A DNA stretch of 64,000 bases from Lama glama. Its lineage: Eukaryota. The number at the start of each line of letters is the position of its first letter. Position 1 is the stretch's first letter. The translations under genes were made by a program, and so were the position numbers. Shown piece by piece: positions 26,598 through 37,600 of this stretch. The DNA is taken from assembly GCA_028534125.1 (NCBI GenBank), contig CM052816.1:90956001-91020000 (forward strand). The letters run 5' to 3'. The notes under the pieces were generated by a model that was not told where the DNA came from, did not search any database, and worked only from the letters and a program-made list of their open reading frames with translations.

Positions 26598-26611
26598 GTT
26601 GCCATGGCGAC
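26598..26611. promoter_or_regulatory. RFX X-box motif GTTGCCATGGCGAC
   Basis: 13/14 match to the palindrome GTTGCCATGGCAAC; a second X-box-like GTTGCCCAAGGCGAC at 26408-26422. Confidence 0.5.
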
Positions 26612-28169
26612 CGAGCACTTTTTAAAGCACAGGAATGGTGTTCATTATTGTTCAGTGTCTTTAGCTGTGGCGAAAGGTCAGGGTGGCAGTTGCTTTCCAT
26701 ATGAATTTTGGCCTGAGAGCCAAACCGAAGGTGGAATGTTCCTCGGAGGGACTGGAGATGGTAAGTGCGGCCGAACTTTTTGGAGGGGGTGTCCCTTTCG
26801 TAATATTTTTTTAGGGTGTTTTAATAACCAGTGCCAAGCTAAGGAATTGTGCAAACTTTGTTAAATAGAGACTGGAAGAAAAGGAGCAGGGGAAAACAGC
26901 AGGGGTCAGGAATGGTGAACGTTTGAGAGACTTGGAGAGGTTTTTTGCTTTATTTAAAAGGTCTTTGAGCATCAGATGATGAGACGTGAAATGCGTTAAG
27001 TTTCTCTGATTATGAATTTAACAACATTAACTAAGTCTGATGCTTAATTCCCTATTTCTTTTATATTCTCTCTCTACTAGTCTTTTGTGGGTTGCTGTAG
27101 TTCAGATTATATTCCCAAATAAATCTAACAGTAGCATTTTAACCAAATACCTTCAGAACAGTTGCTTCTGTTTTCTTTTTTTTAATCCAAAGATAAGATA
27201 GAAGAGTAACCAAGGCTAATTTTTCCATACTTTTCTGTTTTTCTTTCTTGTCCAAGGAGATTTGAAATAATCAAGACTAGAAACCAGTGAGCCACAATTC
27301 TTCGGCTATTTGCCCTAATGTATTGGCTACATTCGGGGTGGTATACTGCTGAGCAGAGACAGTTTGACCACAGTGTTTCATAGGAGAAATCAAATATGAG
27401 AGAAGTCGTCCTGCTGGAGATGGTGGTAGCTCTTCCATCAAACATTGTGAGGGAGATTTATAGAGTGTTCTTCAAATTCATCTTTTGCTTCAAGAAAAAA
27501 AAAAGTGCAGAATAACGTGGCTTTCAGCTTGCTTTTGTGTTAATGACTGTGTTTTTAAGGCTCTCAAATTTAAACTACGTTTTAAAAATGTACTTATGTC
27601 CTAGGGCGCTGTTTTTCAGTTGTTTTATACACAGTTGTGTAGGATCATAAAATACAAATTAACTAAAGAGAATGGGGTGTTCAGATTGAAAAAACACAGA
27701 TCACTGCTCAAGAAGCCACAAGTGGGAAATGACCTACTTTGGGGCTTTACTCCGAAAAGACTCTTGTCCTGTTAGTAATGCCAGTTTGTTTGGCAACTGA
27801 ACAGAGAAAGAATACGTTTCAGAATGTTAAGTCTTGGTTTGATTTCCTCTGGCTTGCATTTGTATATTCTGGGATTGATTGATTTCATGATCAGAGTATG
27901 GAGCAAATTTCTGGAAATCGGGAAAATTAAAATTCTTTTTCATTTTTGTCTCTTTTCTCCACTTGCAAGCTCTCCTCCTCTCCCCACCCCACCCCCACCC
28001 CTGGCGCAGAACCCCTCCCCCAGCTCTCACTGGGTCACTGCATTCTTCAGCTAAAAAAAATGCCTGGAAATTGAAGTTTAAAAAGTAAATAAGGTGATAT
28101 TTGTATGACATTTCAGATTCTTTGGAAAACATAGCATTACAAGTGATGGTTCATTTATGATATTTGTAA

Positions 28170-28445
28170 AATAGTCAGAAAGTTGAACCTGGCTATTAAT
28201 AGCAAGGAATTATTGGTGTCTTATAAGATATGATAATAGTGTTGTGGTTATATTAAAAAAATGATTCTGATATGTTTATGAATGAGATGGTGTGATATCT
28301 GGGACTTCTCTCAAAAAAATCCAGGGGCAGGAAACAAGTGGGCTTGAGGATGGAGCAGGATTGTTGCTGGTTGTTGAAGCCAGGCTATGGGTACACAGGA
28401 TGAGGTTGGTTTTCTATTCTGTATTTGTGTGTAGGTTCAAAACGT
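28170..28445 (+). mobile_element. L1ME-like 3' fragment just upstream of exon 20
   Basis: atgataatagtgttgtggttatatt...atatgtttatgaatgagatggtgtgatatctggga. Confidence 0.5.
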
Positions 28446-28513
28446 GTGTGTGTGTAAAACAGTGGTAAGGGTGTCCTGTTAACCTTGTCTTCTCACCTCT
28501 TGGCGTGTTTCAG

Positions 28514-28638
28514 ATGCCCGACCAGTTTGACCAGGCGGTCGTGGTCAACCAGCTGCGGTACTCGGGGATGCTGGAGACGGTGAGAATCCGGAAAGCGGGG
28601 TATGCGGTCCGGAGACCCTTTCAGGATTTTTACAAAAG
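28514..28638 (+). CDS. MYO10: MYO10 exon 20 (human numbering): motor SH2/SH1 helix, [42 protein letters not shown]
   Basis: tttcag|ATG acceptor; 125 nt; ends AAAAG|gcaaga (GC donor); myosin motif [18 protein letters not shown]. Confidence 0.95.
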
Positions 28639-31600
28639 GCAAGATGGAGCTGCATAGGCCTTCTTCCATTGCAAAGGGATCGGGGAAGGAATTGTGGCAA
28701 AAGGTGACGCCGGGCGTCCTTCTGTTGCAGGTATAAGGTGCTGACGAGGAGTGTGGCCCTGCCCGAGGACGTCAGGGGGAAGTGCACGGCCCTTCTGCAG
28801 CTCTATGACTCCTCCAACAGCGAGTGGCAGCTGGGGAAGACGAAGGTACAATTTTAGAGAAAGAACAAGTGTGCTGTCAAGTTCCCTGGGAGACAGTAGA
28901 GTTGAGTGTTCTGTGATCACTGCCCACCAGTTGTTAACATTGAGAAGATGCTTGTGGTGTCGTGACCACCATAATCCTTTGTCCTCCCAACAGTTAATGT
29001 TTTATTTGAAGTCCTTGACTCTTGAGGATTCTGCTTTCTTGGGGACAGAGGAAGCATGGGATCCCAAGTGCTTCATTCAGTCAATCAACAGATCGTTGGC
29101 TGATGGGTGGCTCAGTGCCTTGGGGGAGCTGGGCAGCCTCTGGAATCTGAGAAGTGAGACCCCAGACCTTTTACATTATTCAAGTGCTGCATGTTGTCCC
29201 TGCATCTCTGTACTGAGTAGAAGACTAGCAAGTAGTCTGAAATCCTATAGGTTGCCCAAAGTCCAGTCCAGAAAGCCAAGTGGAAATCCAGCGTTTGAAC
29301 ATGCCGCTGTGACTGAGGCCTTGACCCCTTAGTTAAATGGTGGCATCAACAGCAAAATTATCAGTAAAATTGGCCATATGATCTCTTCTCCCTACATCAG
29401 GAGCTGCCAAAATCCTCATCTGGGGTTCCACACTTGTTTCCACAGCCACCTCCAGTGTCTTATCACACAGGAGAGGCAGAAAGGCAGGCAGCTGGGGGGT
29501 TGGCCTGTGAGTGTACAGATGTCGTTGAAAGTAAGAGATGTTCCTTGTGCCTCTTCCCCCTGACCCTACAAGTAGCAATGCAGCATCAGAGAAGTAGCTT
29601 AAAGTTTCTGCTCAAGTTATGTTGTTTTTAACCAAGGAGTTTCTTTGGTTGAAATAAAGAAAGAGAGAGAGAGAGAGAAAAGGAAGGAAGGAAGAAAGGA
29701 AGGAAGGAAGGAGCGAGTAATGGAGGGAAGGAGAAAGACTCGTAACTGGCAGTCGGAGTGTCTTCATTGTAGAGCTGCTCTGATAAAATGCCACAGACTG
29801 GGTGGCTGAAACACAGAAGTTTATTTCTCTGGTCTCTCTTCCTCCTCTTATAGGGGCACTAATCCCATTGTGGGGCCCCACCTTCCTGACCACATCTAAA
29901 CCTAATTACTTCCTAAAGGCCCCACTTCCAAATACCATCAGATCGGAGGTTAGGGCTGCAGCATAAGAAAGGGGGAGGAGGGGCAAAACATTCAGTCCAT
30001 AACATTGGTGTGTGATCAGTGACAAGTATTGAGGCATCATCTGGGGGCCACTCAGCAAGAGAGGGTATATGATGGACGTACTTTTCTGCTCTTGAAGGAT
30101 TCCATCTGGCCAGGGATTTGATATATGAATGTCTAATAGGGTAGAGATGGCTTGCAGAGCTATTGTATTAGTTATCTATTGCTGTGTAACAAACAACCAT
30201 GAACTTTGCGGCCTTAAGGGTACATGTTAATTATCTCATAGTGTCTATGGGTCGGGGGTCCAGGCACAGCTTAGCTGGTCCCCCACAGTCTCCAGAGCCT
30301 GGCAATCAGTGTCAGCCAGGGCTGCATTCCCTCCTGGAGCTCTGGCTTCTCCTCCAGGCTCGTGTGGCTCCAGAATCCAGTTTTTTGTAGTTGTAGGACT
30401 GAGGTCCCTGTTTTCTTGCTGACTGCCTTTCGCAGCTTCTAGAGACCACTCTCCACTACACTCCTTACCACATGACTCCCTCCCGGGTCCTCCCACAACA
30501 TGGCAGTTCACTTCTGCAATGTCAGCAGGAGAATCTCTTGCTCCAGTCTCCTAAGGTGGAGTCTTGTGTAATGTCACATATTCACAGAAGTGACAGCTCA
30601 TCGCCTTTGCCGTGATCTGAGGCCAAGAAGGAACTCATAGGTTCAGCCCACATTAGTAGGTTAAACAAGGGTGGAACCCACTGGGGGTCACCTCGGGCTG
30701 TGTCCTCACAGGTTTATAGGCCTCTCAACCTGGAATTCTCCCCGCTCCTAGTTTAGCCAACTCATCCTTCAGGTCTCTGCTTAGATATAAACTGTGACAG
30801 GAATCCTTTTTGACATACTGCATTGCACCCCACACCCAAAAACTCACCCCCACACTGGGTTAAGCCTCCTCCTCTGTCATCTCTATTTTCCTATTTTCCA
30901 CCCATTGTAACACTTAACACTCTGTCCTGCCATCTTGGCATCTCCTGGTGACTTGTCTACAGTCGCCCCATAGAAAATGTGGAGTTAACTGTTGGTTCTT
31001 CTACACAAGTGCACATAGGAGCTCAGTCTTCTACACAGTGCACATAGTGGAGCTCAGTCTTCTACACAGTGCACATAGTAGGAGCTTAGTCTTCTACGCA
31101 GTGCACATAGTAGGAGCCCAATCAATGTCTGCTAAGTGCTAAAAAAAACTGTAAGGGGATGGCACAAGATCATTGTTTAGTCACTCAAGGGAAACTGTCT
31201 AAAGAAGTTGGCTCAAGTGGAGTTCTAGGCAGTATAATACAGGCTGCTCTGATTTTTTTTAATTGAAAAGATACTGCATTCTCTGTAAACTGACAGTCTC
31301 CTTCTGTCTCACTGCCTTACACAGTGGAGTAACATCAGAGATCGTTACGACTCACCCAGCCAACAACCAGTCTCTTTGCTGAGCTCTGAAGAATCAATCC
31401 AACTTTACTTACAATTTACATTATGGAAATCGGGCCCCAGCAAGGCTTGAAACTGGGTGTGGCACAGGGGGATACAGAGACATAAACATGTGGGGATTGT
31501 CCTCGGTTTACTCAGTTCCTGGGAGATAAGATATCCCGGACACCAGATAAATTATACAGTGTAATCTCTTGAAGGAGTAAGGACACAGGTTCTCAGGAGA

Positions 31601-34600
31601 GAGCTCACTGTGAATTGGAACAGAAATGATCAGAAAAGTATTCAAGAAAAAGAAATCTCTTTAAAGAAGAAATAATTTTCACTGGTGGTAAGTTGGAAGT
31701 AGAAGTAGGAGGGAAGGTTTTCATTTCACAGAAATATCAGAAAGTAAATGTCAACATTGGAACATTTGAACTGTGTCCGCTAAGTGCTTTGACCTTGACC
31801 AGCATTTGACTTTGTTACTCGCTAGCAGTGTTTTGGTCAGTGTTGCTGCCCGGTGGTCTTTGCATTTAAAACCTTAAACCTCTAATGAGTGTCTGGATCT
31901 CCTGGTAAAGAGGTTTCCATCACATGTAGCGGGGCGGGAGGCGGGGGAATGGGGACAGCACTGTAGTCAGCAAGTTAAACGTGGCGCCAGATCTGAGTTC
32001 ACTGGCTTAAATAAAACATATCTAGTCCTTGGAAGGCAAGGATTCGTATCTGCTGAGGAAGCACCCCTGGAAGAAGCAAGGAGGCCCGTTTGAGCCTCCA
32101 GAGCAGCCCTAGTGGGAAGTCCTGGTGAATTTCCCCACTGAGAAGCCGATTTTAGGGTGACGGAGGTGAGCAGCCGCTCGCCTCTCTTCCTGGTTTTCAC
32201 TTTGTCCCTTGCCTCCTGACTCCAGCACATTCCACTTTTCTCATCACCTGGACTGCTCTGCCAGACCTCATTTCCTCTGTTCTAGGACAGCAAAGCCTGC
32301 CAGAGGTGTTCTAAAAAGTCATCTTAACTAGGATACTCCATAGGCTCTCGAGCTAAGGAAAGGATGAGGAAAAGTCACAGCAGGTTGTTCATGATGGATA
32401 TTGAGTCAGGTCCGTAGAGCAGCCCCGAGTGGGCACAGCCCTTTCCTAGCTGCTTGGTGGTGCCCGACAAGGGCGGCCCCTCCACTCACAGCAGCTGGAT
32501 CACACTGACTCAACCTTGGCTGCGTCCTGGGAACACTGGGGGCATGGCAAGGGACACCAGTGAGCTGGGAGAACTGGCATCACTTCCCCTGTGTCACTGC
32601 ATAAATTCCGGTGGATGTTTTTAATGGAGCCAAGTCAGGTCTCTGAAGCATTTTGCTCCATTGGTCTGCCCTTCCGGTTACGGAAAGAGAATCTACATAA
32701 AGTAGCTGAAATAAATCTAACAGCAGAGCAGAGAGCTCTCTTTGTGGACATGAAACTAAAGCAGGTATTTCTCTGATTCTGTCCAACCAAGACCATCTTT
32801 AGACTTTGATTAGAATCGACACCTTGGTTTCGTGTTGTCACCACCATCACTACTCTTATTCCAGATTTGACTTCATTACTTTTTCTTTTAAACACTAACC
32901 AGAGCAAAAAAGCATTAGAGTAAGATCCTTAATACCAAAAAATCATCTCGAGGAGAAGTTTAAATACTTCTTTGAAGTCTAGTCTTGATGAAAATTGCTT
33001 CTGCTCCATGGTTCTGGTAGAGATTCATATTTCTGAAAACTTTTTATCATTCTTGGACAAACAAGTTTTTACACTTGTAGCTTCTGTGTTTTACATTAAA
33101 TTTTTTTCTTTTTTCTTTTTTTTTGCTAAAGATACAGTGTCTTTATGTATCAACAGAGCATATTAATTGCAGTTATAGAAAGAGCATTGTATGAAAAGTT
33201 TTTCCAGGAGAATTATTTGTGGGAGAGTTTCACAAATGGTCAGGGACCCACAGGAGGAGTAGGTAAGGCTTCCGCGAGTCACATGGTGCTAAGATTCTTT
33301 ATTTGCTTTTTTTGCCCAAGAGACAGAGCAGAGAGTCTGGAAAAATGTGCCCTCAAGAGAACATAATGCATCATCATAGGCCAGAATGACTCACAGGAGC
33401 CATAAATCAAGAAATCATGAGTGACGGAGTGTGTCATTTAACCCCCTGCTAGTGCCTCCAACTGACCATTAATAGAAAAGCATAAAAATATTTGAAACTA
33501 GGTTTTGTTTTTTTTTTTGTAAGGACTAATTCAAAGTTATGCAGGCATCACATTGGCAATTACAAAATTGAAAGCCACCATGATTGAGGGAGGGTCTCAA
33601 TATTTTCATACCTTTTCAAATATTAGGAGTTCTGATACAAAGTGCCAGTTACCAGACACACTTACCTTATACAAGTGACAAACATAGGACTGAAGCCCAT
33701 GCCAGAAACCAGCCAGCAAATAGCTACAATCTATTTAGTCCCAATTGCAGTTTCCTTGCAGTAGCTGAACCGAGACATAGCTTAAATGATTCCGTTCTAA
33801 TTTCAGTTTATAGAATCACATTCTTAATGTCAGTTTTTTAATGTGCATTATTTTTGAGGCCAAAATGCTTTGATCATAATCACTTTACAAGCATGAAGGG
33901 AGAGTTTCCATGTGTTGGCAAAGCAACGTTTTACAAATGTCTTGGATTTTTTTTCCCTTCCCTCCCTTTCTTTTCTTCTTTTTTTTTCCCCCAATATAGA
34001 ATATTGAATATTGAATATAGAATATGTTACTTAGACTTACTGAACTATTTGTCCTGACCCATAATGAGATAAGTGTTTATAAACTTTGACAGCAGTTTCA
34101 CATTTTATGCCTGTTGAACTAATAATAACTGGAAAAAATGCAACTTTTATTTTATATATCCTTTTGGTGTTTTTCTTTCAATAATATATTTTTACTGTAT
34201 TTTACGAAGGTCTTAGTCAATGATAGATGGGAAGTTCAAAAAGAAAACATCCTTTTGCCATCAAGAATATGAGATTCCCTGTGCTGGACAGCATGGCCCA
34301 GTGTGTTTGAAGCAAATTGGAGAGAGAAAAAAGCCTTGTCCCCAAGCAGGGATCTCTGACTCAGAGAAGCCATCCCTGTACCAGCCATGTCCTTTGGTTG
34401 TGACATGTCACTTCCTCCTGGGCAGGTCTTCCTTCGAGAATCCTTGGAGCAGAGACTGGAGAAGCAGCGGGAAGAGGAGGTTACGCGGGCAGCCATGGTG
34501 ATCCGGGCCCACGTCCTGGGCTACTTGGCGCGGTAAGAAGCCTGCAGAGGGAAGGCGGCTTCCCCAGTGTGTGTCGCCGGGTGAGGTGGCCCCCGGCCAT

Positions 34601-37600
34601 TTGCTTCCCTTTAAAATGGACCTGGATGGGCTAGGGTCAGGAGCCGGCTAAGGAGAGTCCCAGGTCAGTGCTCCTGATTAGCGTTGCCAGTGCCTAGTTA
34701 GCTTGACCTGGCCAGAAAGTAGGAAAGGGGGCTCCTTGTGACCCAGTTAGAGCAGCGACATCGGGACTGGACCAGGATACGTAAATTGTTGACCTCATTC
34801 CCCTTGGTCGTATATTGAAGCCACAGGCAGCTTGCCCGTTGACTTTGGCGTGGTCCCACTGGGTCCACAGCGGTCCCCTGTCCAGCGTTTGCTGAATGAG
34901 GCAGCCTCTTTTCTTGTGCGTGTGAGTTCTGTCCACCTCTGCGGACCAGCAGGCCCCCCTCCCCAAACCCCTACATGTTACAGGACGTTACATTTTCTCA
35001 AGTACAAAGCCGTTCTGCTGTGGCGAATCCTTTTCTTTTGTCCTCCTCAGAAACAGGAGAAGATATCAAATCTCTTGGTTCTGTTTACAGCCCAACTTCC
35101 TGCCAAGACTTTTCAAAGTCAGCGTTAGGGGTGATGTGTTTATTTCGCCAACATGATGATAGGGTCTTGCTTTAGTTTTGTTGTTGTTACCCTTTTGTTT
35201 TTCTTCTGTTTTGTTTTGCCCAAGAGGACCTCCTTGTGGGCTCGCTGTAATGAGTCTCTGTAATGAGCGTTTCAGTCCCAAACGAGGTCCTGTTCTCGTC
35301 TTGTAGCGTTAACGTAAACTCATTTGGGGAGCTCAAAGGAAGCCTCGTTACCCCCCCAGTTATTCTGTTGCGCTGTTTCTGTTCTCATTCTCAGAAAGCA
35401 GTACAGGAAGGTCCTTTACTGTGTGGTGATAATACAGAAGAATTACAGGGCGTTCCTTCTGAGGAGGAGATTTTTGCACCTGAAAAAAGCAGCCGTGGTT
35501 TTCCAGAAGCGACTCCGAGGTCAGATCGCCCGGAGAGTTTACAGACAGCTGCTGGCGGAGAAACGTGCGGAGGAGGAAAAGAGGAAACAGGAGGAGGAGG
35601 AGCAGAGGAAGCGCGAGGAGGAGGAAAGGTATGGTAGCTTTCTTACTTGGATGAAACAGACAGGAGGACGCCTTTGGAGTTTCATGCTCAGTACCCGACC
35701 AGCCGTGCAGCCGGAATTCCCAGTGATTGCTGCAGACCCTGCCGTTTGAAACAGTAACTCTTGGGGGCTCAGATAAAATTCCTTGGCAGTGCTGAAAACC
35801 CAGTTCTGTGTATATCTTTATGCCCAGAATAAGTATATCGCTGAAGGAAGAGACTCCAGCTGTCCTTCATGCTTTTTAAGTTGTCTTTTGTTTAAAGTTG
35901 TATTTTGTTAAAAAGTTAGCTCTCTGAAAAGTGGTTCTAGGATTTTTTTTCATTACTTTCGTTTATTTTCACTGTCTTTTTTCTTGACCATTTTTAGAGA
36001 AAGAGAGAGGGCACGAATTGAAGCTGAGCTCCGCGCCCAACAGGTGAGGATTACCATGATCCTGTCTGTCTGTTACCTTCCCACTCCAAACACTCTGACT
36101 CAAGTATTCAGAACAAAAAAAAAAAGACGTGGGAAGAAGGATTCAAAACTGAAAAAAAGATGTAGGAAGAAGGATTCGAAACTAAAATAAAGATGCAGGA
36201 AGAAGAATTTTAGAGGAGATGTTTATGCTGCAATTTCTAACCCATTACATTTGGGTAAAAATGTGTGGATGCCTGAGAGTTCAGTGTGAACCATGAGGGC
36301 GTGATTTCTCTAAGCCAGCATAACCAGTGTGTTGGTTTGCCTGGGCTGCTGTAACACAGGACCACAGCCCGGGTGAATTAAGCAATAGAAATTGTCTCAC
36401 AGCTCTGCAGGCTGGAAGTCTGAGATCAGTGTTGGCAGGGTTGGTGTCTTCTGAGCCTCTCTACTCAGCCTTCAGATCCTTGCTGTGTCCTCATGTGGTC
36501 TTGCGTCTGTGTACGTGCTTCCCCGGTGTCCTTGTGTGTGTGTCTCAGGCCCCTCCTTTAACAGGATACCAGTCACACTGGGTCAGAGCCCTGCCTCAGG
36601 GCCTGATGGAACTTAACCAACCTCTTTAAAGCCCTGTCTCCAGATCCGGCCATATTCTGGGTCCTGGGGATTGGGGCTCCCACATATCAGTCTAGGGGAG
36701 GGAGGAATGCAGTTCGGCCCTGAACGGCCACATCACATCACAAAGGAGGGGTGCTGCCTCTGCTCTCACTCCTGATGCCTCCTGACCTCGCCCTTCCTCT
36801 CCATCCAGGAGGAGGCAGCGAGGAGGCGCCAAGAACAGGAGGCCTTGCAGGAGAGTCGGAGGAAGGCCGAGCTGAGCCACGAGCTGGAGAAGCAGAAGGA
36901 GAACAAGCAGGTAGAAGAGATCCTGCGCCTGGAGAAGGAGATCGAGGACCTGCAGCGCATGAAGGAGCGGCAGGAGCTGTCCCTGACCGAGGCCTCGCTG
37001 CAGAAGCTGCAGCAGCTGCGGGACGAGGAGCTCCGGAGGCTGGAGGACGAGGCCTGCCGCGCGGCCCAGGAGTTCCTGGAGTCGCTCAACTTCGACGAGA
37101 TCGACGAGTGCGTGCGCGACATCGAGCGCTCGCTGTCGGTGGGCGGCGGGGCGGCAGCCGAGGGCGCGGCCGGGGGGAAGCCCAGCTTCAACTTCAGCCA
37201 GCCCTACCCTGAGGAGGAGGTGGACGAGGGCTTCGAGGCTGACGACGACGCCTTCAAGGACTCGCCCAACCCCAGCGAGCACGGCCACTCAGACCAGCGC
37301 ACGAGTGGCATCCGGACCAGCGACGAGTCCTCGGAGGAGGACCCCTACATGAACGACACCGTGGTGCCCACCAGCCCCAGTGCCGACAGCACCGTGCTGC
37401 TGGCCCCCTCGGAGCACGGCTCCTCCGGCGGGGAGCCCACCTACTGCATGCCCCAGAACCCCGGGGGCCTGCCCGCCCCAGACGGCGACTACGACTACGA
37501 CCAGGACGACTACGAGGACGGGGCCATCACCTCCGGCAGCAGCGTGACCTTCTCCAACTCCTACAGCAGCCAGTGGTCCCCAGACTACCGATGCTCCGTG

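Larger units (their letters stand above)
1..28513 (+). other. MYO10: Long MYO10 intron (human intron 19), where headless-isoform promoters are known to lie
   Basis: No myosin motor-coding sequence recognisable in 28.5 kb upstream of the MPDQF exon; rich in repeats. Confidence 0.8.

Noticed and set aside
30997..31117. Regularly spaced ~31-bp repeats resembling a CRISPR array
   Set aside because: Head-to-tail units with no unique spacers, in a mammalian intron
36692..37288. 198-aa and 141-aa antisense ORFs over exon 25
   Set aside because: Shadow frames of a GC-rich coding exon; no independent gene signals
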